Part shown: positions 38,450 to 51,421 of the stretch, one piece after another
How the letters are laid out: each line of letters opens with the position of its first letter
Position numbering within the stretch: the first letter of the stretch is position 1
Source: Phoronis australis
Lineage: Eukaryota; Animalia; Phoronida
Length of the DNA: 63,230 bases
NCBI GenBank assembly: GCA_002633005.1
Contig: NMRA01000116.1
Location: 691,291-754,520 of the forward strand
Reading direction: 5' to 3'
The notes under the pieces: model-generated
Told to the model about the DNA's origin: nothing
Seen by the model: the letters and a program-made list of their open reading frames with translations, nothing else
Databases searched by the model: none
Translations under genes and position numbers: made by a program

Positions 38450-38830
38450 TGAAACATACATAGAATCTGAACCTAAGAGTGTCTTGATGTTTCTTTATCT
38501 AACAATGCATTATGGTAATAGATATTTCCGTAGGTATGCAAGGACAGGACAATCAAATAAAATTGTATCTCTGTTTCAATTTCATCTGTGTTACAAACTT
38601 TACAAATTCTTTCTGGTCGTGATACATTGTTTATTCTACCCAACTCAATCATGAGATGATGCGTCGAACACCTCAATTTGCTATTGCAAATACTTAATTT
38701 GAAGGGAAGCTACCATGTAAATACTTTTCACATGTTAACTGAGATTTAATTGAATGGTAAACATTACATTTATCTGTATTTGCAAGTGAAGACGATCAAT
38801 TGAAAATTCATGTCCATAAATCTTTGTTAA
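38450..38830 (-). mobile_element. 3' fragment of a non-LTR retrotransposon (CR1/L2/RTEX-type C-terminal CCHC region)
   Basis: Peptide LRCSTHHLMIELGRINNVSRPERICKVCNTDEIETEIQF matches the LINE C-terminal pattern (RxSxHxLxIExGR...ERICxxC...ExExHF). Degenerate. Confidence 0.75.
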
Positions 38831-40449
38831 AAGATATTAAAAAAATCCGTCATTAAAATACAAAAGATATTACAACAACGCATGGACAGCTACAGAGGTC
38901 AACAAAAATACAAATTGGGGGAAACTGGTTCACCCCCGCCTATCCGCGATCGAGAACGCTCGAAAGGCGATCCAGAACGATATTTGGCGCAAGAAGCGAA
39001 GTCAGGTAAGGTGAGTAAATTTGATGAATTTTCGTTGTTTTTACTTCCAATGTGAAAACAGTGACATGAGTTCAAGGCGTACCACATTGAGAAAGGGCAG
39101 GTAGAGGTTTAGGCTAGTGTCTCTTCCAATTATAGGAGAAAAGTTACGTTGACCGCGGCATCGCATGAGCCGAAGGTGATTTGCATATCATTTTGGCAAA
39201 TTGCCGATATTTGTGGCTTTAAATCAGTAAATTGACCATAGAGTTATGAAGAAATGATGTGTGAAAATATAACGCAACGCTTGTTTTTTGTAGTTTTGTC
39301 AGGATATCTGATTTTTCGACGCTTTTCTGTTGAAAGATGCGATCGAGAACGTAACGATAAGCGATCGGGAAGGCAAATTTGTTTTGCATCGTGGTGTGTC
39401 TAACAGTAATGAACTTTTCACTTATAAAACGTAAAAAAGGTTACAAAATAAGCGTGGTGCAATGAATTAATCACATTTTGCGTCATTACTGTGTTACTTT
39501 CGTATCAAAACTGAACAACAACATAGCACATTTCCATGCCTTGAGCACTGAATGTACATCACGCATAATTTTAGTTTCACAAACGAATTTATTTTCATTT
39601 CAGGAAACGAGTTCACTTTATTGTGAGACGAGCTTCAACGAACATGTTACCCACGACGTAAAGGTACACCCTACCAGGGTTTTAAAATACAGACATCTAC
39701 TTTTTGACGAAACCACTGAGAACAAGGGGTTCAAAACTGAAGACTGACCCAGGAGTTGTTCCATGTGGCCTGTCAGCCAGGGGTAAACAAATTGTTGCAG
39801 CAGATGAAAGCGAGTGTAGAATCTTCTTGTAAAATTATGACAGCAAAAGGAAAAAAACAAATAGCCAGTGAAGTCTAAGAATGATGTTGAGCTTGCCCAT
39901 GGGGAGTGCGGCAACACTTAACGAGATGATTCAACGATTCCACTCATAAACGTCTGGGATCTAAAAATTGGCCAGAAGTTGTGTAAACTGATGTGCTGAT
40001 AAAACTGGTGGGATTTTACTTGATGCTTTACTGATAACATCGATACACAGATGAACAGATTGACTTGTGGCACCCGTGTGGCTTGAATGTACGTTGTGTT
40101 TGACTCTTCTGTTTTATAGTCTTGGTCCTAAGTTCATCTGCATCATCAATTCATAATCTTCAGTTTAATGTGACATTGAAAAAGATTGAGACGGTTATAG
40201 TACACGTACTATGTTGTGATTTTCTTAAAACGTAGTCAACATGTTGTCATGAACGTCACTTCAACTACACACTGTAGTGATTTACACAGGAAATCAACAA
40301 CAATATTGCAGTATTTCTATTATGATATTTATCTTTTATCACACATATCTCAAAATTGGTCTTACAAAAATATATAAAATATTGCTTTAGGGAAATCAAC
40401 ATTACAAATCCATTGGAACATTTCCCACGAATTACTTTTGGAATCTCGG

Positions 40450-41520
40450 TTATCTGGGTGCAGAGTCGACGTCATAACATGTTGGGCACACCCATGTATG
40501 CTCAGTCCTCCAACTCAGAAGCTCACGCAGAACACCTTGACTAATTGTTCCAGTAAGGTGCTGATTCTGGATTTCCCTCCACATTCCTCTTATTGTAGTT
40601 TTTGATGCGGTTCCCTTGTCTACACCGAACTGTCGCAATCTTTCAACTGTTTCCCCAGTTTCCTCCTCCCTCTTCTCATCCAGAGCAGTAAGCACCTCTG
40701 CTTCACCCATCTCCAAGGGTCCACCCATATTGCCCACTCCCGCAAGTTTGTCAGCCCTTTCGCTACCGACAACTCCTGCATGAACCGGTGAAAAAATCCA
40801 GACAAAGGATTCCAGGTAGCTTTGCCAAATGAACTGCATCCATGTGGGTTTTAGGAGGCCCTGCTGTATTTTGCGCAGCATGCTTTGTTAGTCTGTCACA
40901 ATGACCGCCCCTGTGAATTGTTGCAAGCCAACTTAGTGCAGCACTGGCGGCATCTTCTTCCATGCGCATACTAAATGTTGCGTTTCTTTATGCCTGACTT
41001 TTCTCGGATATTACCCTCCAATTCACTCTTGCACAGAAGGCCCAGCTGGATCTTACCCCTCTAATAACAGAGCTGTCTGTAAAGATAACAGCGTCATCGT
41101 CCTTGGTGTTTTCCCATATCAAAGCCTCGAGTTCTACGTTGACTGCCACTGGTGCCTGCTCCCTGCATTCTCTCCCGAGGGTTATCACGGTATCGGTGTA
41201 CTTTTCTCTTCTGTTGTAACACTCTCCCACTCTGTCCCCATTCTGATATTTTCTAGTTCACAAACTGTGCTTGTAGTTTCTTCAGCTGCTGCCAGCCAAT
41301 AATTCCCTCTTTTGATTCTTCCACCCTTAGGTTTCCCCAGTTCCTGGTAGAGGGGGTGCCCTTTTTCACTTGCTACTTTGGACATTGCCTTTACTTGTGC
41401 CTGCCTGTGGCGCTCTGCAATGCTGGGTAATCCAATCAGGTATCTCATGGCTGCAACTGATGTGTCTTGTGCAACCCAAGACGGTCCTCATTCCTTGGTT
41501 TTATATTTTCTCAAGCTTGC
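40450..41520 (-). mobile_element. 5'-truncated RNase H-containing non-LTR retrotransposon (I-group type), degenerate
   Basis: Frameshifted peptides MRYLIGLPSIAERH, VIFTDSSVIRGVRSSWAF and WIFSPVHAGVVGSERADKLA are RNase H motifs (TDGS; W.PGH.GV.GNE.AD.LA). Confidence 0.85.
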
Positions 41521-41898
41521 ATTGGAATGTATTAGACTAAATCATCACTGAATCATAGACAATGTACTTAGGACTGATTGATAGTATAATAGGCTCTCAC
41601 TTGAAATCAACAACAATGTCAAAGCAATTTCTACAATAATCAAAGACATATATTTTCTTTTAAAGTACTAATTGGTCAGAACAATTGTATGTAAGTATTG
41701 CCCAATGACACTTAGTATGGCCATTTAAATCTACCTAAACACTGCAAAAATGTACTGGTTCTGTTAAAGGTCCTTTTGAAACAACACAAATACAGAAAGA
41801 AACTAGAGGAAAAAAGGCTCAAAACAAAACGTCAAAATACTGTCACATCAGACAACTACCAACCACAAACTCTTTAAATCTGAATAGCAGTGACTTAC

Positions 41899-42359
41899 CT
41901 TCATCACTGGACTTAATGATTTCATTCATGACGTTTCTGCTTGCTATGCATGTAAAAGGAGGCATGCTGTTTGCATGGCATGCCACATTCACCACAAAAA
42001 GGAGTGTCCTCGTGCTGTGACGCAGTGTCGCATCAGGTTCACTCTTTCCGTGAAACATTGATCAAAGATAGGACACTGAATGGACTTGGTTCCTGAGAAC
42101 GATGCTTTACGTTGTGTTTTACTATATTGGTAAAAAAACTTTTGACGCATGCAGCGAATCAATCACAGGGCTGGTAAAGGTCTTGCTTGTTGTAGTGTCA
42201 CTGGGTTTTATTGCCATGTGGTCAAACTAAGCTGATTTCTTAGTTCCTGAACGAGGCTTCACACACACACTCCTTTGTGACATGCAGCAGTTGTACTACT
42301 CTTTTTTGAAGACGTGGACGTTAACACACTGAAGGACTCGTCGTGTGGCTACAGTTCAA
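41899..42359 (-). pseudogene. Decayed exon encoding two C2H2 zinc fingers, inside the CAC...GTG element
   Basis: Minus-strand acceptor TTTTTTCAG (ending 42360) and donor G|GTAAGT (41898). Peptide QCPI(F)DQCFTERVNLMRHCVTA(R)GHS, frameshift, then FCGECGMPCKQHASFYMHSKQKRH. Confidence 0.6.
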
Positions 42360-43482
42360 CTGAAAAAAATCAAACCCATTCAGTTATGTTTGTTGGGCTA
42401 ATCTCACTTAAAAATCATAGAAAAGCGATGAAATGTAATTAATAATCAACCTATCAACTAATTCAGGCTCCGCAATATTCTAAAAACATTGACATAATAC
42501 CCTAACTTGAACGACTTTTCAGGCCAATGCAGAGAAAAAATGTGCGTTCACGATCGCTTTTTTGCGTTCCCGATGGCCGTCTCACACAAGGACCTGCTTG
42601 TATTCTTAAATATCTCAAAATGTTTCACAACTTATAACTAACAAAGGTGTCACCAGGGACGATTAAACTATAGACGTCACAGGTCTCTTCTTAAGAACCC
42701 TGGAATTGCTAAAAACAAGTAGAAATTGTCGGTTTTACGAAGCGTAACGCATTTTACCGAAAGCCATTGCTTTTTGAGCTTTTTATTTTGAAAAAATAAG
42801 GAAAAGCTAAGTATTATTCCAGATCCACCACAAAAGTTACACTTTGACGCTTTTCTGTGGGTAACACTTGTACCAAAGTGGCCTCTATTTAAGCAGAAAA
42901 TGACACTTAAACTTACGGCGTATGTTACTGTCGTCAAACATTTTTGGTGCAAGGTCTTGTTCTCGATTAGGCAATGATCATCGCCTCTGTTGGCCCGAAC
43001 CTGGTTCGGGCCAACAGAGGCGATGGTCATTGCCTAGTTCTCGATCGCCTACCGGGCGTTCTCGATCGCGGTTGGCCGGGGTGTGGTTGTGCGCAGCTGA
43101 AGGTGAAACGCGGTCGAATTCGACTACTGCACTTCACTCTAGTGGCCATTTTGTCTGGATGCCCTATGTTGTTCAGTTGTCTGCTTCGTATTTCAAAAGC
43201 AGGTGGTCGTAACATAATGAATATAGCGCATCCCTAGGGCATTGTATGCCACTTTTCAACCTGCCATTGCCCCTAGGCGACAGGCAGGGTTTTTCAGAAT
43301 GAAATGTTGGGGAAGAGCATTGCGGATGATATCTAGAGAAGTGATTGACAGATTTTAAAGAAATTAAAAAGATACCAAACCTATTAACAGATACTAAAAA
43401 CGATTTACACGTCCAGCTCTCTGAAACGAACTGATGCTCTGTAACCCTCGACAATCCTCAAATGTTTGGAGGTGTGGAGGAA

Positions 43483-45785
43483 AAGCGCTTCACGTAACCA
43501 CCTGGCCGAACCCGGCCAACTTCGGCCGAGTGGTATTTGCGTAAATGATAGGATCGAGCAGACGATTAGAGGAGGCTTTAATCATGGGCGGCGCACCAAA
43601 GGGGGATGCGGGGACTATAGCCCCACTTTTTTCAGTGCTGCGCCGCCCATGGTCTATTAGCGGTGCATCACAGGTGGCTGGGGGCTTTAGCCTCCCCACT
43701 TTTTTCAGTGCTGCGCCGCGTCCATGTTTATGTTACTCATGGGCTTTGAACACACGTGGTGGTTACACCGTAGGGTATCAAGGGAGTCTAGAAGTAAATG
43801 TATGTGCCTAGCTAAGCTATATAGCAGTGAGAGAGCTCCCAAAAGTAGTGCGATGTGAATGCCTTAAAATCGACTAAGAAACAAAACAGCAGAAAGTAGG
43901 TTTGTTATCCGATATTGCTTCCTAGCATAGTACGGTAAAGGGCAGGCGTTTTCAAATTTGGAACTGAAAGTGTTCGTAAAATACAGGTATGTTTTTCATC
44001 CAGTGTCCATTGCAATTGTATATTGGTGGATTGACATACATGCATGTACACGTGGGTGCGTTTTCGTCCTTTTAAATTCAGTGGAAGCCGGCGGTAAGTT
44101 AACATAGGCAGCCCTCCGTCGTTGCTCAAAAACCAGAATTTAACTATAACTGTTTTTCTTGCACCGGCTGAGAAAATACCACCGAGCATGTTCACATTTT
44201 TGGGGAAAAGTAGGCCGAAACCCAATAAAAACGTTGGTTATGAAAATAGACTTCTCTTGTCAATAGTGTCAATGGTGCACAGCCTCACAGACTTCATACG
44301 AGCAGTTAGCTTGTTGGAAAAGATTTCCAAGGTTAGATGCCGCTACTCTAAAGGTCCACCGTAGGCCTACTCCGAAGGTTTGCCACCTTCGAAAGTTCAC
44401 TACTTCGAATGTCCACAATTCTAAAACCAGAACACCGACAGTTATTTTTTCTTAATTATAAGCACAGCCCCAGGAGTCGCTTTCGTATTATATCCAGGTT
44501 CTAATTCACACCCTTGCACTCAGAGAAGTGGGAGACGCCGTTGTGCAATGCTCGATTTTCAGCCAGTGATGAGCCAGGATTCGAACCCAGGTCGGCTCAA
44601 ACAGGAGTCCTGGACACAAACCACTCCACTGAGCCACACAATTGATTACTCTGATTGTCTGCTAATGAGTAGTAACAGACATGAATAAAGTATTGTATTT
44701 GTGTCCATTTCTCATTTAATAGGTGTGCAAAAGTTGAATAGTTCTTGATGCATTGATTACATTGTTTACAAATGAGCTTAGTTCCAATTACTGCCAATGG
44801 TGATTCTTGAATCTAACACTCATTATCAAGCATGGACAACATCTGGGGCACGGCGTTCAGCGGTTTTAAATTTAAGACTGAAGGGTCTCTCTGACTTTGT
44901 GAAGACTGGCAGAAACAGGATAGCCTGCTAACTACATTTAATTTCAAAGGTGTGCGTGGTTCCGGTGTGTGAGGTTCACGCGGAGCGGCCCTAAACCTTT
45001 CAATCTCGCTTTGAAATGATGCGACCTTGACATGGATTTGATTAATGTATCGTGGTTGATAATTCATCAACATTCCCACTCCATATTTTTGAAATGCAAT
45101 AACGTTCTCATTTTTCCGTGTTCGTAAGACATGCGGGCATTTTCGCATGCGCATGAAATCCAAACAAAGTATTTTAGTACCCTGGCGTTGTTTTAGGTAT
45201 AGGTACACCATTCAGTGTATCTAATAGCCGTAGTATCATTCATTTTGCATGTAAAAGTGTGCAAATTACACATGGGTTGAAAAAGTTAGATCTTCGTAGT
45301 AGTGAACCTTCGAAGTAGTAAACCTTCGCAATGGCGAACCGAATGGTGAGTAGTAGGCTGCTCCCGATTCCAACGTCCCGTAAGCAACTCAGTAACACTC
45401 AAAAATATAACTAGATAAAAAATTTCGTCAAGTTATTCTCCGACTAAATATTTCTGGAACTCATTTAAGCATGCATGATTTGAAAATTTGGCAGGAAGTA
45501 ACGCGAGAACGTTTGGATCACGTTACATCCAAATTGAGTACCGTGATTTGCGAGCACCTGTCACGTCATCCTCATCTCTGTCTGGTATTACTAATTCCGT
45601 CTCATCCGAAAAACACAGAGCTGAGAGTCATCGTTATGTATACAAATTTCCCTTCCCCCTGATTAAGATGCGTCAATTGAGGAACTTAATGAAAACTCCA
45701 CAGTGTCGACGTTTGCAAAATAAAAAAGGTCCACCGTTCAAGAAATTCGAACCACTTCCCCTTCGCAATGCTGGCAACGGGCCTG
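43483..45785 (+). repeat. Near-contiguous copy of the dispersed repeat fragmented at 13785-19340
   Basis: Colinear blocks with 13785-13920, 14200-14300, 17410-18250 and 19060-19340. Carries its own insertions: two ~70-bp mini elements ending in CCATG at 43583-43727, and a SINE. Confidence 0.65.
44443..44637 (-). mobile_element. tRNA-derived SINE
   Basis: Minus strand: A box GTGGCTCAGTGG, B box GGTTCGAATCC, A-rich tail. Absent from the homologous position near 17935. Confidence 0.65.
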
Positions 45786-46599
45786 GAATTTTTAGTATTT
45801 TCAGGAAAAGAAAATTGCGTGTGGTATCTAGATGAGCAATTGATAGATTGCAATAAAATTTAAACATAAGAGGTATGTGACGAAAGTGTGCGTTACCCGT
45901 CTATGTTCGAGTGGATGTGACTGTCACAGCACCTCTGAGGGACAGTTATAATTTGTAAATGTTGGCAGCTACCAGTTTTGAGCAGAAATCAATAAGTATG
46001 TAATGCATTTTGTGTCCATATTTGTATATAACAAACCTCATGACCTCATGATTGTTCTTTACGAAAAGAAGTTAAATAGACGTGCTAATTCTTGTGTTGC
46101 AAATGTTGAAAACTTTAATTTTTAAACCTTTTAATTTGATGTTACTTTTAAGAGGTGAGGTACAAACACTTTTTTTGTCAAGTTTGACTTTTGAAGCTAC
46201 ACCTTTGATTAGGTTGTCGTCTGCTTGTACCTTTCACGAAACTGATTACATCCCTAGAAAGATTCTGTTCCCCTTGCACTGTGGAAGTATATTTTTAACG
46301 CTTTATGTTGCTCTTGTTCGTCTTAATATTGTTCGCATTCCACAAAAAGCCGAGGGCATTTGTCTTCAAAACAAAAAGGTTTTGTATATGGAGACAATAT
46401 TTAAAGAAACTTCGCCTTCTTCAATTTATTTGGCTTTTGTTCTAACTATTAGACCTTGCAATTTCGCCTTCCGCCATGTTGAGAATTGTACACGTTTATC
46501 TGCAATGTTGCTTTAACCAAGAATTACACATTTGGCTAAATTGTCCATTCATGAGAAGTTATTCCGTTCTTTTAAAATAAACGTTTTATCTAGTTTCAG

Positions 46600-47618
46600 A
46601 AGTCGTTTATCAGCAAATACTGAATACGTCAGTGGAACCCAAAAGACAACCGAAGCCACCGGTGATTCTGTTCTGGACAAACTTTTTTTCGGATACTGAG
46701 TGGGGCATAGGCGTGGGTAAAAACAAATATGTACCCGTGTGCAACGTGACATGTGAAATTACAAATGTGAAATCCCGCTTTAGTGAAAGCAAGGCAATTT
46801 TAATACACCCAAGAAATCCGGTTTCACCTTTACCGAAAGCTCGACAACCATGGCAGTTTGTCATATTCTTTTTATTGGAATCGCCAATTCACACTCCTAA
46901 CCTAAATCGTTTCGCCGGCATGTTCAACTATACGATGACCTATCGCCAAGATTCAGACATTCTGATGCCTTACGGAAGATTCTACAGGAGACACAAGCCA
47001 AGCACGCCAATAACAGCACACAATTCATTCAGGAAAAGGACAAAAGAGATTCTTTGGATTGTTAGCAATTGCAGCCCACCAAGTCGCCGACAAGATGTCG
47101 TTGCGCAACTTAAAAAATATTTAAAAGTGGATGTTTTTGGTGGTTGCGGTAGTGCGCGGTGTAGCAAAGACTGCGAAAAAATTGCGAGGGAATATAAATT
47201 TTACTTAGCCTTTGAGAACAGCCTTTGTGACGGTTATGTCACTGAAAAACTTTTCAAGGCTTACGGACCTCTTGGTTTAATACCAATTGTTTATGGAGGC
47301 GCCAACTACAGTGAGATACTACCTCCTAATAGTTATATAAATGTGGCTGACTACGCATCGATAGAAGACTTAGCTCGCTATATCCGTAAGGTTTCGGTTA
47401 ACGAAACGCTGTTTAACAGCTACTTTGACTGGAAAGAGAAACATTATGTCAGTGACCTGAATGAAAACATTTACAAGACAGCTTTTTGTACTCTGTGCAA
47501 CAAAATTCACCAAGGGAGTCTTAAGCCGAAAACGTATGAAAACCTTCAGAACTGGTGGATTTCTGGCAGGTGTAGAAGTCCGAAACAACAGTTTCCACAG
47601 CTGAAGATGTTTAACTAG
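46600..47618 (+). CDS. Alpha-1,3-fucosyltransferase (glycosyltransferase family 10), catalytic exon
   Basis: Intact ORF with GT10 motifs: LESP, FNYTMTYRQDSDI, WIVSNC, YKFYLAFENSLCDGYVTEKLF, IPIVYG, PPNSYINV, FCTLC. Acceptor TTTCAG at 46599 in phase 1; stop TAG at 47616-47618. Spliced product is 373 aa. Confidence 0.95.
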
Positions 47619-47779
47619 CCTGACGTAAGCCCTGTTTGTGTCTTTGAGGTAACAAGTGAAGTTTTCATTTGAAAAGCGTTTCATTATAATGAACCGATGC
47701 GTTATTTTGTTATGAATGCATCTTTCTTAAAAATGAAAAATTGACTGAAAAGTGTGTTAACGTAATAATAATAATAGTA

Positions 47780-47785
47780 AATAAA
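47780..47785 (+). terminator. Candidate polyadenylation signal of the fucosyltransferase gene
   Basis: AATAAA ~160 bp after the stop codon, followed by T-rich sequence. Confidence 0.45.
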
Positions 47786-47987
47786 TATAAAGCCTGTTAT
47801 TATATCTCCTGATCTTTTTTATTTCAGAAAATATATACTTTTACTACTTGACAAAGCCTAGTTTTTTGATGTACGAGTTTTAATAGTGGCTACCGTTAAG
47901 TAAGGTTTGAGATAACCTAAAACCTTTCGCGACCATTTATTAATCACCTTCGTCCTGTTTATATCACCTTGGCGTCTTATCTTCCGC

Positions 47988-48230
47988 TAGGGGATGGAAA
48001 CGATTCAATGGCCGCGCATCTAACTTCCATCTCGGACTCGGTTCCTTACCTGGGCCCGCTGGTTCGGAGTTTGGTCACGGGTATGGATTATTATCGGCGA
48101 GTGGGAGGCATTTATGGCACTGTTATGGAATTTGCACCGCTGGATTGGTGTTTACTGGTTCGGAATTGGGGCTTAGGGAGGGAAGCTTGAACTCAGAGGC
48201 GCGATCGTGTGGAATCGTTTCCATCCCCTA
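47988..48230. mobile_element. hAT-like MITE
   Basis: Perfect 19-bp TIR TAGGGGATGGAAACGATTC / GAATCGTTTCCATCCCCTA. No clear TSD. Confidence 0.65.
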
Positions 48231-51200
48231 GACTAGCACACGTTAAAGAGAATCTTTGAAATACACCTAGCCTATTTCATGCACCTGTTATCAAGAAACA
48301 AGTCCAAAGTATCAATTACACATCGTGTGATCTACGTCTTAGTTCGGCACATGGAAAAAATGGAAAATAATAATACCCTCAAATCTGGAAGTGTCGCAAT
48401 GTCCGTTCACGGACAAAATGCAGAGGTATTCATATCAGATGGATATCTAAAGTGGACATATTTCACGGAAAACTCGACCTTCAATAAGAGCGGTAAGTGC
48501 TATAGTATCAGGACCACCTAGGGGGATTTTCAGTGGAGTTGTCTGAAAAACTTATACCCCAGGTTTTCTAGACGTTTTAAGTATAGAAATATCGGGAATT
48601 TCATTTCAGTTAGTCCCTGGATAATTATTCGAAAAAAACGTTTTGTCGATCTTCTGTGCTTTTCCTTAAACAATTCCGAATATAAAAGATGACAGAAAAT
48701 TTTCATTGTTGGTTATGTAAATCAAACGGTAAAATGGGTGATCATGCATATCACCGACAGGCACCCTACGCTCTGTCATCACTTCTAACCTCTCTGACAA
48801 CAAGCCATCACTCGCGTTCTATACTAGCCCTGCAGCCTTTAAAGTGTACCCGCCGAACAGCATGTACAATACCAATTTTCCCAAAAAATTAAGAGTTAAT
48901 GGTGAATTTCATAGGTAGAGTAAAAAGAATTTTACATTGGTCGCAGCTAGGCACCAAAATTGGTTAACAGGTCACATAACTGATAGCATATTCTTTATCC
49001 AATGAAACTCAATCTATTGGAATAGGCACTTAAGTTGTTTATTGAGCATATCATGATCCTGGTCCAGTACGGCATTTTTATACGATACAGTGGCATAGAG
49101 GTCATACAATAAAAGTTCTTAGCAAATATGCGATTATTACCCATAAAAAACGAGAAACACAACGTGCAGCTAAAATTAGGGTCTTGGACGTGGAGCATTC
49201 TAGCAATACGTATTTTTCGGTCTGGATTGCGCTGCATTCACCGGGGGTATCTCGAACTCAGGGTTCCTGTTTACTTGTCAGACTCGATTTCCAATCTGGG
49301 GAAGGATTATTGTACTCGAGACCTACATATACGTTCTTGTTCGAGAATATATATATCACATCAAATCCAACATAGGTTCAACGCTAAAATATACGCTACG
49401 ACGGCTGGTGGAGCCCTGTTGATCAGCGGATCCGGAACTAAAATTTCTGCTCGATCGACACAACCCCCACTCTACCATCTTTGAAACACACTGCAGCCTA
49501 TCATGATTTTAAAATTTCATGCAAAATTTACGTCTTATCTAGGGTGATCATGATTGATTCAATAATTTTTCCATGAGAATATTTTCAGACAATGTCGAAG
49601 GCTAAATGCCAATAGTTTCGCCTTGGGGTGACTACGACAGCCATCAAAAACATACGCAGGTGCTCCAACGAAATTAATAATCCGCTTTTGTGTTGTTCTC
49701 AAACCATCACCCAGCAATGCTCACGGCTTAAAATGCAGTAAATTTACCCACAGTTCACTTGGGCCGACCATGCAATTGTCGGCCCAAATGGAATAGCGGA
49801 GTTGAAACCGAATCGATTTAACGATTGCGCATGTCCGGAAATTAGGGTGCGCAAAGGCTATTGGGATTGATAAGGGTAAATGGAATGGCCGATTGGTTTG
49901 CATGACGTGTGATTTGAGTGCATTAAATTACGCTGCTGTATGCAATTCTGCCGCTATTCGACCTAATAAGCGCCCATGCCCCAACAAGTGCCCCAACGCG
50001 TTTTCAGACTTTACTAAAGTAAGCGCCCAGCCCATGAACTACATGCGAAAAATGCCCTTACCTACAGTTCTAACGTCTCCAATTTATCAATTGAAAGATC
50101 CGATAGTCCTGAATTTGTAGACCACGAGCCTCACCGTTATGTCCGTATACACTTCAAACCTACGCCGCGATTCAAAAAGAACGCAGAAGTTTTGCTACTC
50201 TTGTGAGGGATGTGCCCCACTACGCGGGTGTGGACTTTGAAAAGAGATGCAGCGTACTTGTCAGCGGCCTTGCATTGTTTCTTTCCGGTACAGATCTTCT
50301 CCGGCCTCAACAGGAATCCAAACTTCTTTGTACACGTGAAAACCGTGAATCGACGACTAATAAAAAAAATCGACCAGTGTTAGCACGCGGCCAAGAAGCG
50401 CGCGCTGCATAATGTACCGGCTGTCATCCAAGACATTTAGTCGGGAACTATCTATTCATGAAACGGGTAACAAAGCATCGGCAAATAAATATTGGCACTA
50501 ATTTCCGAAAGTTTCTAATACCGTAAAAAACTTTTGCATTATTTTTAACTAATCGTAATTCAATTTTTGGTGTTTTTAAGGTCAAAATGACCCACTTCGC
50601 ACCCTTACACTCCAATTCTTCAGGAAAATAGCTGTTACACTACGGTCACGCATCCACTCACCCGGCGACTCAATGAGTGACATGTCGGTCTTACCGAAAA
50701 AAAATCTCGAACGTTTTTTAGCAGATGAGGCCAGCAAGATATTAAAACACGCCCTGCTTGACTGCTTGACTTAATTTCTTTGGATACAATGCACACCTAG
50801 ATCATTACATTACTCTGGCAAATGAACTCTGATGGCAAGCACACGCACGCTTACTGTCACACACACGCATACAAACTTCAAAACAAACGTCACGTGACAA
50901 CAACATGTGTGTTCCTCCACAGATTTTTATCGTGTTGCGGGTTACAATCTAGCGCAGATTTGGACTTAATCTGCAGTTAATCCAGACTCCACAAGAACTT
51001 AAAAATCTTAGAGACGCTATTTGGAAAACTTGAGGAGGATTTCAGGTAATTTGTTGAGTCGAAGCTGTTTTCTTATTCAAGAATTCAAGCCCTATCGACG
51101 ATTGCGAGACCGGCAGCTACGCATTTGTCGGCAAGATTTCGCCCTGGGACTTCCAACACAATTTTATGAAAAATGATCGTAATTTAACAACGAATTTTGA

Positions 51201-51421
51201 TAGCAATGCACCACAATTTTGTGGAAAGTAAATAGTAATATTCTGCACTAGCGCGTAATACATATAGTGAGCGTACGTTAAGTGTGTTGACCCCGCAGAA
51301 CAGGTGATTGTGCAGAGGCATTATCCTCAAAATTGCTCATGTTGGCTTGGTTCTGGTCAAGCGAAAACAAGTTTTTTTTCACTACCAACCGCGGTAGAGT
51401 ATTTTGTCACTGTTTCTTTGA

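Larger units (their letters stand above)
38931..43083 (+). mobile_element. CAC...GTG DNA transposon relic (Chapaev / RAG1-N-like) with 5-bp TSD TGGTT
   Basis: TGGTT|CACCCCCGCCTATCCGCGATCGAGAACGC ... GCGTTCTCGATCGCGGTTGGCCGGGGTG|TGGTT. ~48-bp imperfect TIRs and subterminal GCGATCGAGAAC-like repeats. Decayed peptide FNEHVTHDVKVHPTRV...D*PRSCSMW on the + strand. Confidence 0.7.

Noticed and set aside
41899-42359. RAG2-like gene as the convergent partner in the CAC...GTG element
   Set aside because: Translation shows C2H2 fingers, not kelch repeats or a PHD finger.
46082-46516. 144-aa hydrophobic ORF just upstream of the fucosyltransferase ORF as a possible anchor exon
   Set aside because: T-rich intronic sequence with a non-ATG start and no suitable donor; the 37353 exon fits better.
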